DNA of 64,000 nucleotides from a virus: the IMG/VR virus record IMGVR_UViG_3300017967_005407, positions 12,598 to 76,597 of that record; one strand, given 5' to 3'. Made by a program: the position numbers and the translations under genes. Positions 30,442 to 40,672 of the stretch are shown here, one piece after another (within the stretch, counting starts at the first letter, position 1; each line of letters begins with the position of its first letter). The notes under the pieces are model-generated. The model did no database searches. It had not been told where the DNA came from and was given only the letters and a program-made list of their open reading frames with translations.

Positions 30442-31473
30442 ATGTATGATATCTATTTTATCGGATCAAACTCTCATCCACAATTTACTAAACTTAAAAA
30501 CAGATTTATAACTGCAAAAGCAGTAGATTCTGTAATTACAGCCAAAACTCAATCTAATACTAAAATGCTGTGGGTTGTATATCCTGAACTTGAAATAAAT
30601 GAAGATTGGGATTTTATGTACAAGTCTAAACCTGATGATTTAAAATATACTCATGTTTTCCTTAATGGAAAAAATTATGATGGTATATGCTTGATGCCTA
30701 AAGATAGTCATCATGGACCAGGTGAATTAGCTGCACGTTTTTATATCAACAAAAAATTTACAGATATTTCTGCTAGTACACCAATAGCTGAAACAAGCGA
30801 TATAGTTTTTATAAGTTACAAAGAACCAAATGCAGATGAAAATTATCAACGTCTGCTAGATAGATTCCCAAGAGCAAAACGTATACATGGAGTAAAAGGC
30901 ATACACCAAGCACACATTGAAGCTGCAAAGTTATGCGATACAGAACGTATATGGATCGTAGACGGTGATGCACAAATAGTAGATAATTTTAATTTTGACT
31001 ATATACCCGAATGGTGGAATAAACGTGCTGTGCATGTATGGCGTAGTATAAATCCTGTAAATGGATTAGAATATGGATACGGCGGTATAAAATTATTTCC
31101 AAGAGAAGAAACTATTAACATGGATACAAGTAAGCCTGATATGACTACAAGTATTAGTAACAAATTTGTACCAATGATGCAGGTTAGTAACTATACTTGT
31201 TTTGATACTGATCCTTTTAACACTTGGAAAAGTGCATTTAGAGAGTGTGTTAAATTAAGTAGTAGAGTAATTGATAGACAGAAAAACAATGAAACACAAA
31301 CTAGATTAGTTGCTTGGTGTACTAAAAGCTCAGGCGAGTACAAAGAATATGCACTCATAGGTGCCAAATCTGGTGCTGCATATGGCGCAAGAAATAAAAC
31401 TAATAAAGAAGCATTATCCAAAATAAACGACTTTGATTGGCTAGAAGAAAGGTTCAACGATGAATGTAAATAA
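30442..31473 (+). CDS. Glycosyltransferase-like protein with a degenerate N-terminal duplicate domain
   Basis: C-terminal domain 'DIVFISYKEPNADENY...RIHGVKG...WIVDGDA...NGLEYGYGGIKLFP...WKSAFRECVK' is homologous to 26138..27055. Confidence 0.65.
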   Translation: MYDIYFIGSNSHPQFTKLKNRFITAKAVDSVITAKTQSNTKMLWVVYPELEINEDWDFMYKSKPDDLKYTHVFLNGKNYDGICLMPKDSHHGPGELAARFYINKKFTDISASTPIAETSDIVFISYKEPNADENYQRLLDRFPRAKRIHGVKGIHQAHIEAAKLCDTERIWIVDGDAQIVDNFNFDYIPEWWNKRAVHVWRSINPVNGLEYGYGGIKLFPREETINMDTSKPDMTTSISNKFVPMMQVSNYTCFDTDPFNTWKSAFRECVKLSSRVIDRQKNNETQTRLVAWCTKSSGEYKEYALIGAKSGAAYGARNKTNKEALSKINDFDWLEERFNDECK

Positions 31474-32347
31474 CGAAATTGCAGTTGATAATATTAGCTG
31501 GTTACATGGACTTCAAGAGTATTTTGATTTTGTAAATGATAAAGAATCAAAAATGCTTGTAGATTTCTTTTTGAGTATGATGTATTCTAAAGACGATATG
31601 ATACAATTATCATTGGATTTTAATATTGCAGAATTTTTACATTTTTTAAGAAAACAAACTACTAATGAAATATTTGATATTTTTGACAAGTATTACAGAA
31701 ATAATTACAACCCTATTTTTTTGCAAGATGCATTTAGTAGAGGACAAGTAAACAGTAAAATTTGGGCAATGGAAGAATTGTCTAAAATACAAAAAGAATT
31801 TGATACTGTTTATGTATTAGGAGGTTGGTACGGACAAGTTAGACTGTTCCTTGAACAAGTTATAAAATACAATAAAATAAGAGTCTTTGATGTTGATTCT
31901 GAAGCATGTTACATCAGTGACAAGATTTTTAATTTTTCACGTATACAAGATTACAAGGTAAAATCTGTAGAAATGAAGTTGCCAATGGCAAGTAGTAGTG
32001 ATGATGAAAAAAACATGGGCTGGGTAAGCAGAACTGGATGTACTTATAATGTAAAAAATTATACAAACGACAAAGAAATTTTTGAAAAAACACAGCCTGA
32101 TTTAATTTTAAACACAAGTGCAGAGCATATGCCTAGTATTTGGTATCAAAAGTTTATACATAGACCAATGGAAAGTGATCCGTTGTTTATAATACAAAGC
32201 AATAACTTATTTGATGTAGAAGAACATGTAAATTGTGTACACAGTATTGATCATATGTGCAAAAAATTTCCAATGGAGCGTCTTGAATATGCAGGCGAAC
32301 AAGAATTATATGGTTACAAAAGATTTATGGTAATAGGACGTCCATGA
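31460..32347 (+). CDS. Class I SAM-dependent methyltransferase-like protein
   Basis: Motif I-like 'VYVLGGWYG', acidic 'RVFDVD', and 'DLILNTSAEH'. Confidence 0.65.
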   Translation: MNVNNEIAVDNISWLHGLQEYFDFVNDKESKMLVDFFLSMMYSKDDMIQLSLDFNIAEFLHFLRKQTTNEIFDIFDKYYRNNYNPIFLQDAFSRGQVNSKIWAMEELSKIQKEFDTVYVLGGWYGQVRLFLEQVIKYNKIRVFDVDSEACYISDKIFNFSRIQDYKVKSVEMKLPMASSSDDEKNMGWVSRTGCTYNVKNYTNDKEIFEKTQPDLILNTSAEHMPSIWYQKFIHRPMESDPLFIIQSNNLFDVEEHVNCVHSIDHMCKKFPMERLEYAGEQELYGYKRFMVIGRP

Positions 32348-32568
32348 TAGATTTAGATATTTTAAGTTTAAGACAATTGCAAAAAGAAAGTGCTAGAGCA
32401 TTGAGTACTATGCAAGCAACTAATAACAATATTTGGCAGTTTAACAAACAAGCACATCACAATAGTCAGCAATGGTACAAAGCAGTAATACAATGGTATA
32501 TCGATGAGTATGGAGATTTGCCTAGTCAAACTGGACCTGGTAAAAAAGTAAAGTTAGTTATGGAATGA
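32344..32568 (+). CDS. Small hypothetical protein (74 aa)
   Basis: ATGA overlaps at both ends (translational coupling). Confidence 0.7.
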   Translation: MIDLDILSLRQLQKESARALSTMQATNNNIWQFNKQAHHNSQQWYKAVIQWYIDEYGDLPSQTGPGKKVKLVME

Positions 32569-32918
32569 AATATACAAAACCTATTAAAATATACTTGTTT
32601 AAAGATCAAAACAGAGTAGATGTTAGTGTAAAAGTTACAGACGATCTTGTTAATGGTTACAGATTTACAATTGATGAATTTGAAAAAATAATCGATAACT
32701 GGAAACATGGTGTTGAATTTCAATTCGAAGGTGGTTATGCAGTTGTGGAGTATAAAAAACACGGACCGAGACCTGAACGTAAAATAGATCCTTATGTGCG
32801 TTTTAGCATAAGTATTGGGTATGGTACATTTCATCATAGATTAACATATGATGATATGATTACAATAGAAAAAGAATATTTCTATCAAAAAAATAATAAA
32901 ATGTATTGGGACGAATAA
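32565..32918 (+). CDS. Hypothetical protein (117 aa)
   Basis: ATGA and TAATG overlaps with its neighbours. Confidence 0.7.
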   Translation: MKYTKPIKIYLFKDQNRVDVSVKVTDDLVNGYRFTIDEFEKIIDNWKHGVEFQFEGGYAVVEYKKHGPRPERKIDPYVRFSISIGYGTFHHRLTYDDMITIEKEYFYQKNNKMYWDE

Positions 32919-34003
32919 TGTATAGATATGAAGATGTAAAAGTTGTGCATTTAGAAGTAACACAACGATGCCAAGCAGCATGTCCTATGTGTGATCGTAA
33001 TATGAACGGTGGTGCCGATAATCCTCATATAACAAACGCAGAGCTTAGTTTAGAAGATTGTAAACGTATATTCAAACCTGAATTTATCCAACAACTCAAA
33101 ACAATGTTTATGTGTGGCAATTTGGGCGATCCTATTGTTGCACGAGATACATTAGAAATATTCAAATATTTTAGAGAACACAACCCTAATATGTGGTTGA
33201 GTATGAACACAAACGCAGGAGCAAAAGATGAAACGTGGTGGCGTGAACTTGCCAAAGTCTTTGGTAGAATGGGCGCTGTTATTTTCAGCGTGGATGGTCT
33301 TAGTGACACTAATCATTTATACAGGCAGAATGTTGTCTGGGATAATGTAGAACGTAATATGAGAGCATTTATAGATGCCGGCGGTAGAGCTCGTTGGGAT
33401 TATATTATTTTTGCACACAACGAACATCAAGTAGAAGAAGCAGAAGCACTTGCTAATTCTTGGGGATGTGAAAAATTTATTAAAAAGAAAACTGGAAGAT
33501 TTTACAGTACTGCTAAGTTAACAGGAAAAGAAACACACCAAGCAAAAAATCGCAAAGGTGAAGATACACAAAACTTAGCTAAACCTAAGAAAAAAGAAAA
33601 TATTAACATTGCGTTGTTAAAAGAAAAACAACTTACCAAAGAATACGGTAGTATGAAAGATTACTACGATACTTGTAAAATTAAATGTAAAGTAGCAGAA
33701 GAAGGTAACATCTTTATCACTGCCGAAGGACTAATGATGCCTTGTTGTTGGACTGCTGGACGCATGTATAAATGGTGGCATCCTGATCCTCGTGTAGAAC
33801 AAGTATGGGACTTTATTGATCGTGCTGGGGGTAAAGAAGGCATAGATGTTATAGAAAATAATTTACAGGATGTAATGAATGGAACATTATTATCTGATAT
33901 TGAAAATAGTTGGCATCTACCAAGCGTAAATGAAGGAAAATTAGGAGTATGTGCTCAAAAATGTGGCACAGAGTTCGATCCTTTTGCGGAGCAATTTAAA
34001 TGA
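32918..34003 (+). CDS. Radical SAM enzyme with C-terminal Twitch/SPASM-like domain
   Basis: CQAACPMC; 'GNLGDP'; 'FSVDGL'; C-terminal 'KC...MPCC...CAQKC'. Start moved to the TAATG overlap at 32918. Confidence 0.9.
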   Translation: MYRYEDVKVVHLEVTQRCQAACPMCDRNMNGGADNPHITNAELSLEDCKRIFKPEFIQQLKTMFMCGNLGDPIVARDTLEIFKYFREHNPNMWLSMNTNAGAKDETWWRELAKVFGRMGAVIFSVDGLSDTNHLYRQNVVWDNVERNMRAFIDAGGRARWDYIIFAHNEHQVEEAEALANSWGCEKFIKKKTGRFYSTAKLTGKETHQAKNRKGEDTQNLAKPKKKENINIALLKEKQLTKEYGSMKDYYDTCKIKCKVAEEGNIFITAEGLMMPCCWTAGRMYKWWHPDPRVEQVWDFIDRAGGKEGIDVIENNLQDVMNGTLLSDIENSWHLPSVNEGKLGVCAQKCGTEFDPFAEQFK

Positions 34004-34725
34004 ATTGGAAAGGTAGAGAAATTGAATCTTTACATTTTGGACTTACATATAAATGCACATTAGGATGCTTAGAATGTGCAAGGACCTACGCTACAAAAAA
34101 CAAAATTGCCGATATATCAAATACTGTTCATGTTGATTATAAAAATTATACAAAATTAATTAATAAAATTAATCCTTCGTCGATTGAGTTTTGTGGAAAT
34201 TGGGGAGATCCGATTTACTATCCTGATTTAATACCTCTTGTGCAATTTATTAGGGAAAAAGAAAAAGACCTAGGCTTTCCAATAAAGATAAAGATGCATA
34301 CAAATGGAAGTTATAGAGATAAAACGTTTTGGAATGAATTGGGCAATGTAATGACTTCAAATGATTGTATATTTTTTTCAATTGATGGTACAAGAGAAAA
34401 TTTTACCAAATACAGAGTTAACGGAGATATTCAAAGCATAGACGTAGGTATTCAATCATTATTAGAAGTTGAAAATAAACCTACTTTGTATCAAAAAACT
34501 ATTTGTTTTTCTTATAACAAGTGGAAGTTAGTTGATATAGTAAAAGAAGCTATTAATGCTAAGTTTGATTATATAAGGTTTGACTGGCCGCATGTGAGTG
34601 AGCACGAATGGCTTCGTCCTGATTTTTCAGCACGTTGGGCTTGGAAAGTTTTAAAATTAGCTGGATATGATTTTAATTATCCAAAAAACAATACAGATAT
34701 ATTAGTAAAGTCGTTAAATGTTTAA
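34000..34725 (+). CDS. Radical SAM core domain lacking the C-terminal Twitch domain
   Basis: CTLGCLEC; 'FCGNWGDP'; 'HTNGS'; 'FSIDG'. Confidence 0.85.
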   Translation: MNWKGREIESLHFGLTYKCTLGCLECARTYATKNKIADISNTVHVDYKNYTKLINKINPSSIEFCGNWGDPIYYPDLIPLVQFIREKEKDLGFPIKIKMHTNGSYRDKTFWNELGNVMTSNDCIFFSIDGTRENFTKYRVNGDIQSIDVGIQSLLEVENKPTLYQKTICFSYNKWKLVDIVKEAINAKFDYIRFDWPHVSEHEWLRPDFSARWAWKVLKLAGYDFNYPKNNTDILVKSLNV

Positions 34726-35008
34726 AAAAATTAAACCTATGTGTATGGAAAATTTACACCCCTTTGTAGAAATAAATGGTTTATTTTTACCGTGTTGTTA
34801 TTTAACAACTCATTCTAATCATGAGCAGGAGTTAAGAAGTTTATTTGGTGACGATTACGAAATGTTAAAATTACAAAACAATCACCCAAAAAAAATTATG
34901 AAACTTTGGAATAAAATTTATATGACTTGGAGAACAAAAAATCCTTATGTAGGATGCCTTAGGCATTGTCCTAAAAATGGCTCTTTAAAAATTAAGGAAA
35001 ATGATTAA
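34718..35008 (+). CDS. Stand-alone Twitch/SPASM-like Fe-S domain
   Basis: 'PMC...FVEINGLFLPCCYL...CLRHC' has the same Cys pattern as the C-termini of 32918, 35008 and 41493. Confidence 0.75.
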   Translation: MFKKIKPMCMENLHPFVEINGLFLPCCYLTTHSNHEQELRSLFGDDYEMLKLQNNHPKKIMKLWNKIYMTWRTKNPYVGCLRHCPKNGSLKIKEND

Positions 35009-36030
35009 TGTTTGGTAATGCTAAAATATTACAATTAGAATTAAGTAGTATGTGTAATGCATTGTGTTTAGGTTGTCATAGGACCGAAACAATAAATTTT
35101 AATGAAACAAAAAAAGTAATACCAAAAAAACAATTAGTAAAATTAGAAACATTTGAAAAACTTTTGAAATCAAAAACTATGTCTACACTTACTGATTTAG
35201 AATTTTGTGGAACAATTGATGATCCGTTAATGCATCCAGATTTTGATAAATTTTTGTCAACAGCTAGTAAAATTAATAAAGATTTTGTTACTAGTGTGCA
35301 TACAAATGGAAGTTTACGTTCTCCTGAATATTTTAAAAAAATAGGCAAAGAATTACTAAAGTTTCCTAATCACAGTTTGCATTTTAGTATTGATGGATTG
35401 AGAAATACAAATCATATATATAGACAAAAGACCGATTTTGATAAAATCATAGAAAATGCCAAAGCAGCAATTGATAGCGGTGCTAGAGTTATTTGGCAAT
35501 ACTTGATATTTCCTTGGAATGAACATCAAGTTGATCAAGCAGAAGAATTAGCTTATAAAATGGGGTTTAAAAGTTTTCATAAAAGATACGATTTGTCTCA
35601 TATAAGCGAAACCGAAACACCTGAAAGTGTAGTGGTAAAAAAGGCAAAAAATAAGCCGTTACCGGATGATGATTTTGAGCCAAAAGATTATACAGAAAAA
35701 GAAAAACTTGAAATAAGTTGTCATAGTTTAGAACGTAAAATGTATTTTATGGGTTATGATAGTAAAATTTGGCCCTGTTGTTTTTTACATAATGGTTATT
35801 TTATGAATCACGGAATGTACAATCATATGACCGACCGTATCAATAAAAATTATGGAGATAACTTTAACAACTTAGAATATTATACAATGGATGAAATCGT
35901 CAAACACGAATTTTTTCAAAATGATTTAATAAAAAGTTTTGAAGCAAAAGTAGGCGAAGGCAAATGTGATAAAATAAAAAGATGTGCAGATACTTGCACA
36001 GTTAAAAGGAAAACAAAGCATGATGCGTAA
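35008..36030 (+). CDS. Radical SAM enzyme with C-terminal Twitch/SPASM-like domain
   Basis: CNALCLGC; 'FCGTIDDP'; 'FSIDGL'; 'WPCCFL...CADTC'. Confidence 0.9.
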   Translation: MFGNAKILQLELSSMCNALCLGCHRTETINFNETKKVIPKKQLVKLETFEKLLKSKTMSTLTDLEFCGTIDDPLMHPDFDKFLSTASKINKDFVTSVHTNGSLRSPEYFKKIGKELLKFPNHSLHFSIDGLRNTNHIYRQKTDFDKIIENAKAAIDSGARVIWQYLIFPWNEHQVDQAEELAYKMGFKSFHKRYDLSHISETETPESVVVKKAKNKPLPDDDFEPKDYTEKEKLEISCHSLERKMYFMGYDSKIWPCCFLHNGYFMNHGMYNHMTDRINKNYGDNFNNLEYYTMDEIVKHEFFQNDLIKSFEAKVGEGKCDKIKRCADTCTVKRKTKHDA

Positions 36031-37384
36031 TTATACAGTAGCATTTATAGATAATACCGAATTAGCAAACAATGATATAGCCAGAGGAGTTAGTAAAAAT
36101 TTAACTGAATTTTGGTGGGTAGAATTAGGAGCTCAAATAGGATTAAAAAATATTAAAAAGTTTTTGAGCCATCAGCAAGCTATTAAATATGCCGTTAAAA
36201 ATAATGTAGAACACTTAGTATGTATTAATATGGGTAATGATTTAGAAGTACAAGGAAGATTCCTAGAAACCTTGGATAGCTTTTTAGTTGAAGATGATAT
36301 ATTAGTAGGGCACATACTAGATAGAAAAGAACGTTATATTGAAATACATGATCAAGCATTTTATCTAAATACAAAAAAATTAAAAGAAATTAGCGATTGT
36401 GATTTCACAAGACACGAAGATAGTATAGAATTGATTGAGCCAACAAGAAGTGAAGAAAATCATCACGATGAATACACTCCATTTTGGATTGCGCCAAGTT
36501 TATTTACAAATACATATAAAAATTGTAAGCGTGGTTATAAAATTGTAAATGATATTTTAAAAGCTGGATATACGATTAGAAGTTTTGATAATTATGTTAG
36601 AAAAAGCAAGTTTTATTTGTATCCAGACACTGATGATACTAGTGATAAATTAGCACAGCTTACAGAAAAACAGTTAATAAGTAAATTTTATGTATACAAT
36701 ACTGATACAAACAATACTAATTCTAGGTTTGTTAAATCCTGTACTAATGCGCAACCTCTAAGTAGAATGGTTACAGTTGCAGCAGGATTAAATCATTTAA
36801 AAATTATAAAAGAAATAGGATACACAAAGGATTTTGAATTAATGTTTGCAGACTATGATAGATTTAGTTTGTATGTAATGCGTAAAATGTATGAAACATG
36901 GGATGGTAGAGATTACAAAAAATTTATTCAAAGTATAGATACACGTACATACAATGGAAACTTTGTAGCAGAAAACTTTGGCGATTTTGATAATGATTTT
37001 ATAGAACACTGGGGAGGGTTTGAGGAGTGGTGTACTTGGTGGACCGAATTTAGAGATAATATCAAAGTTAAATTTGAAAGAGTAAACTATTTACTTGTTA
37101 GACAGCATACAGATCAAGTGAATAAAATACATGATTTTTTAAATGTTGAAGGAAATAAAATACTTTGGTTGAGTAATGTTTATCATTATAAACCTACAAG
37201 TATTTTCCATAGTCTGATAGATAGGGCTAGAGCACAAGATTATTTAATTAGTCGAATACCAAATACTGTTCATATATTTGGTGATTTTGCTATGCCTTAT
37301 GGATCTCCTGGACTTACTAGTGACAAATATATAAAAATTGAAAAAATTGCACATCAATTTTTAAATCAAATAGAAAATAATTAA
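36020..37384 (+). CDS. Hypothetical two-domain protein (paralog of 45083..46372), possibly a transferase
   Basis: Start moved to ATG 36020; shares 'YNT[DE]', 'WDG' and overall layout with 45083..46372. Confidence 0.55.
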   Translation: MMRNYTVAFIDNTELANNDIARGVSKNLTEFWWVELGAQIGLKNIKKFLSHQQAIKYAVKNNVEHLVCINMGNDLEVQGRFLETLDSFLVEDDILVGHILDRKERYIEIHDQAFYLNTKKLKEISDCDFTRHEDSIELIEPTRSEENHHDEYTPFWIAPSLFTNTYKNCKRGYKIVNDILKAGYTIRSFDNYVRKSKFYLYPDTDDTSDKLAQLTEKQLISKFYVYNTDTNNTNSRFVKSCTNAQPLSRMVTVAAGLNHLKIIKEIGYTKDFELMFADYDRFSLYVMRKMYETWDGRDYKKFIQSIDTRTYNGNFVAENFGDFDNDFIEHWGGFEEWCTWWTEFRDNIKVKFERVNYLLVRQHTDQVNKIHDFLNVEGNKILWLSNVYHYKPTSIFHSLIDRARAQDYLISRIPNTVHIFGDFAMPYGSPGLTSDKYIKIEKIAHQFLNQIENN

Positions 37385-37400
37385 GTGCGCAGTTAATGGA

Positions 37401-37407
37401 ATAAATA
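37401..37407 (+). promoter_or_regulatory. Late-promoter-like ATAAATA, 4 nt before the ATG
   Basis: ATAAATA-CAGT-ATG with no Shine-Dalgarno in between. Confidence 0.6.
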
Positions 37408-37411
37408 CAGT

Positions 37412-38812
37412 ATGAGTAAAGTATCAGATACATTTTGCATCCTTCCATGGGTGCATCTAAGCACAAGACCAGACGGAAGTATGCGTGTTTGTTGTACAGC
37501 AAACGCTAGTAGCGTTGGACCAACAAACGATAAAGAGCATGGTGGCCAAGTTGGTATCTTAAAAACGGATGATGGTAAACCAAACAATTTAAACGTAACA
37601 GATTTCCAAACTGCTTGGAACAGCAAATACATGAAAAATGTGCGTAAGCAAATGATGAATGGCGAAAAGCCGCCTAGTTGTTTAAAATGTTATAAAGAAG
37701 AAGCAGCAGGACACAATTCAAAACGCATGTGGGAAACAGCGTATTGGAGTCAACGTGTAAATGTAGATGATTTGATTGCTAACACAACTGATGATGGCGA
37801 AGTGCCTCCTCAGCTTGCATACATTGATTTGCGTTTTGGAACCAAATGTCAGTTAGCTTGTGTAATGTGTAGTCCCCACGATAGTTCGGGTTGGATAAAA
37901 GATTATAAAAAGATCTTTCCAGATGTAAAAAATGAATCTCTAAAAGAAACAATGCAATGGCAAGACAAAGGCAGTTATAATGGTAGTAGTTATAACTGGC
38001 ATAAACAGAATGATACGTTTTGGGAACAGTTTTATGAGCAAATGCCTAATATGCAGCAAATATATTTTGCTGGCGGCGAAAGTTTAATTATTGAGGAGCA
38101 TTATGAGATACTTGAAGAAGCAATTCGACAAGGTATTGCAAAAGATCTTGAACTACGTTATAACTCAAATGGAGTTGAATGGAGAGAGGATTTATTTGAT
38201 TTATGGAAAGAATTCAAACTGGTGCGTTTTCACTATTCGGTAGATAGTATACACGAAATGAATAGCTATATTCGTTATCCTAGTGAATGGAAACGCACAG
38301 AAGAAGTATTCCACATATTAGATAAAGAAACTAGCAATAATGTTGAAGTTACTATTGCTTGTGCAGTACAAGCGTTAAATGTGTATTACTTACCAGACTT
38401 TATTAAATGGAAACTTGAACAAGGGTTTAGTAAAATTAATATGTGGCCATTTGGCGCAGGCGGTATTAACTATCACTTTGTATATCATCCCCCACATCTT
38501 AATGTAAAAGTGTTACCTAAATGGTTTAAAGAAGAAGTGCGTAAAAAGTACGAAGAGTTTTATCCTTGGTGGAAAGAAAACTGGGAACTAGGTGTTCCTA
38601 GTTGGCACAAGGGCAAAGTTAATGAAAGCATGTTTGAAGCAGCACCGTACGGATTAAAACGTCTCGAAGGTATGTTAAGTTTTATGGAAAGTGAAGACTG
38701 GAGTGTTCGCTTACCAGAAATGAAAGAATTTATTGAGTTGTGCGACAAACAACGTGGATTAAACTGGCAGGAAATATTTCCTGAAATGAAGGATATATTT
38801 AAAGATGTCTGA
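37412..38812 (+). CDS. Radical SAM enzyme with N-terminal Twitch-like domain
   Basis: 'FCILPW...RVCC...CLKC'; CQLACVMC; 'YFAGGE'. Confidence 0.9.
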   Translation: MSKVSDTFCILPWVHLSTRPDGSMRVCCTANASSVGPTNDKEHGGQVGILKTDDGKPNNLNVTDFQTAWNSKYMKNVRKQMMNGEKPPSCLKCYKEEAAGHNSKRMWETAYWSQRVNVDDLIANTTDDGEVPPQLAYIDLRFGTKCQLACVMCSPHDSSGWIKDYKKIFPDVKNESLKETMQWQDKGSYNGSSYNWHKQNDTFWEQFYEQMPNMQQIYFAGGESLIIEEHYEILEEAIRQGIAKDLELRYNSNGVEWREDLFDLWKEFKLVRFHYSVDSIHEMNSYIRYPSEWKRTEEVFHILDKETSNNVEVTIACAVQALNVYYLPDFIKWKLEQGFSKINMWPFGAGGINYHFVYHPPHLNVKVLPKWFKEEVRKKYEEFYPWWKENWELGVPSWHKGKVNESMFEAAPYGLKRLEGMLSFMESEDWSVRLPEMKEFIELCDKQRGLNWQEIFPEMKDIFKDV

Positions 38813-40118
38813 TACATTTTGTCCAATACCTTGGATTTTTCAAGCAGTGCGAGCAAACGGAGACATACGTGTTTGTTGTCAAGCAAACGTGACAAAAAAC
38901 AAAGGTGTTATACGTAAAGAGGACGGAACTGCTTATAACGCTGGAGTTGATGTATTACAAGATGCACGTAACGCAGATTTTATGAAAACTATACGAAGTA
39001 ATATGTTAATAGGCAAGTGGAGTGAAGAGTGCGGTCGTTGTCGTAGTGAAGAAGAAAATGGTTTGAATAGTAGACGCAAATACGAACAACAGAATTGGCC
39101 TCAATTTACATTAGAGAAAGCACAAGCTCAAACTGAATTAGATGGTAGTATTGATATAGAAGAAACACCTATTGAATATTATGATTTGCGTTTTGGTAAC
39201 TTTTGTAATCTAAAATGTCGTATGTGCGGACCTACGGACAGTGACGCCTGGTATGATGACTGGATAAAACTTACAGGAAAAAATACATTTAAAGATACTA
39301 GTGGCGAAGTTGAAATCAAAATAGTTGGTAATAAGTTGTGTGCAACTGAATTTGATTGGCCAACATACGAGCCATTTTGGGAACAATTAGAAGCAAATGC
39401 ACACAACATAAAACATGTTTATTTTGCAGGTGGAGAACCGATGCTAATTGAAAGGCATTATGATTTTTTAGAGCGCTGTATTGAAAACGGCAGTGCAAAA
39501 AATATGATTGTAGAATACAATACCAACATGAGTACATTGCCTTCTAGAGTTTTGAAATTGTGGGAAAGTTTTAAACAAGTACGAGTAGGTGCTAGTGTTG
39601 ATGGAATGAATGCAGTTTTAGAATATCAACGTCATCCTGCAAAATGGAATAAAATACTTAAAAATTTACATTTATTAGATAACACGCCATCTAATATAAT
39701 GGGTTGGTTAGCTTTTACAGTTACAGCATATAACGTAAATCATATGATAGATTTTATGAAATGGAAATTAACTGAAAGCAAATTTAAAAAAATTAACAGC
39801 ACTAAAAGAAGACCTATTATTACTCATCACGTAGCACACCATCCTAAGCATTTGAATATACGTGTGTTACCAGACGAAATGAAAAGCGAAATAATCAAAA
39901 GATTTGAAGGTTTTATGTATTGGGCAATGGAGCAAGATTTAGATGACAATACTTTTAACAAAGCACAAGATATAAAAAATAGTGTAATAAAATACATGAC
40001 AAGTGAAAGTTATTATGATACGCATTGGGAAGAGTTTTTAAAGTATACACAAGATCTTGATCGTATACGAGGAGAAAGTCTTTTAGATGTTGAACCAATG
40101 TTTTCGGAGTACATATGA
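38805..40118 (+). CDS. Radical SAM enzyme with N-terminal Twitch-like domain
   Basis: 'FCPIPW...RVCC...CGRC'; CNLKCRMC; 'YFAGGEP'. Confidence 0.9.
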   Translation: MSDTFCPIPWIFQAVRANGDIRVCCQANVTKNKGVIRKEDGTAYNAGVDVLQDARNADFMKTIRSNMLIGKWSEECGRCRSEEENGLNSRRKYEQQNWPQFTLEKAQAQTELDGSIDIEETPIEYYDLRFGNFCNLKCRMCGPTDSDAWYDDWIKLTGKNTFKDTSGEVEIKIVGNKLCATEFDWPTYEPFWEQLEANAHNIKHVYFAGGEPMLIERHYDFLERCIENGSAKNMIVEYNTNMSTLPSRVLKLWESFKQVRVGASVDGMNAVLEYQRHPAKWNKILKNLHLLDNTPSNIMGWLAFTVTAYNVNHMIDFMKWKLTESKFKKINSTKRRPIITHHVAHHPKHLNIRVLPDEMKSEIIKRFEGFMYWAMEQDLDDNTFNKAQDIKNSVIKYMTSESYYDTHWEEFLKYTQDLDRIRGESLLDVEPMFSEYI

Positions 40119-40672
40119 TCATTACAGGAAATTTAGAAGAAAATTTAGCAAACGCATTGCATAAAATATACCCATATGCTCAATATTGCAGTCGTACAAC
40201 AGGATTTGATTTAAGTTTACGTGAAGATCAAGTACGTGTAGCACAACTAGTTTTAGAACATGATGTTTTTATAAATTGTGCAGCATTATTTAAATTCCAT
40301 CAAACAAATTTGTTAGATGAAGTATATCGTGTGTGTACTGAAAATAATCATCGTCCTCATATTATTAATATAGGCAGTACAACCGATCGTGTAAAAAACG
40401 GAAAAGCATGGAGATACAATGCCGAAAAGAAGGCGTTGCGTGATTACAGTAACACACTTGGTATAAGCGGAGTATGGGGTAAAACGCCAAAAATTACATA
40501 CATAAGTTTTGGTACGCTAAGTAATAATAGTAAAAAACATCCAGAAAGAGTTTGCTTAGATATTAACCGAGCAGCAGAATATATTAAATGGATTGTAGAT
40601 CAACCTAAAGACATAGGTATAAATGAAATAAGTATTGATCCTATGCAAGACAAATATTGGAACGAAGAATGA
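40115..40672 (+). CDS. Short-chain dehydrogenase/reductase (SDR)-like protein
   Basis: 'IITG', 'DVFINCA', 'IINIGS' and catalytic YxxxK (YNAEK); the glycine-rich motif is degenerate. Confidence 0.75.
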   Translation: MIITGNLEENLANALHKIYPYAQYCSRTTGFDLSLREDQVRVAQLVLEHDVFINCAALFKFHQTNLLDEVYRVCTENNHRPHIINIGSTTDRVKNGKAWRYNAEKKALRDYSNTLGISGVWGKTPKITYISFGTLSNNSKKHPERVCLDINRAAEYIKWIVDQPKDIGINEISIDPMQDKYWNEE

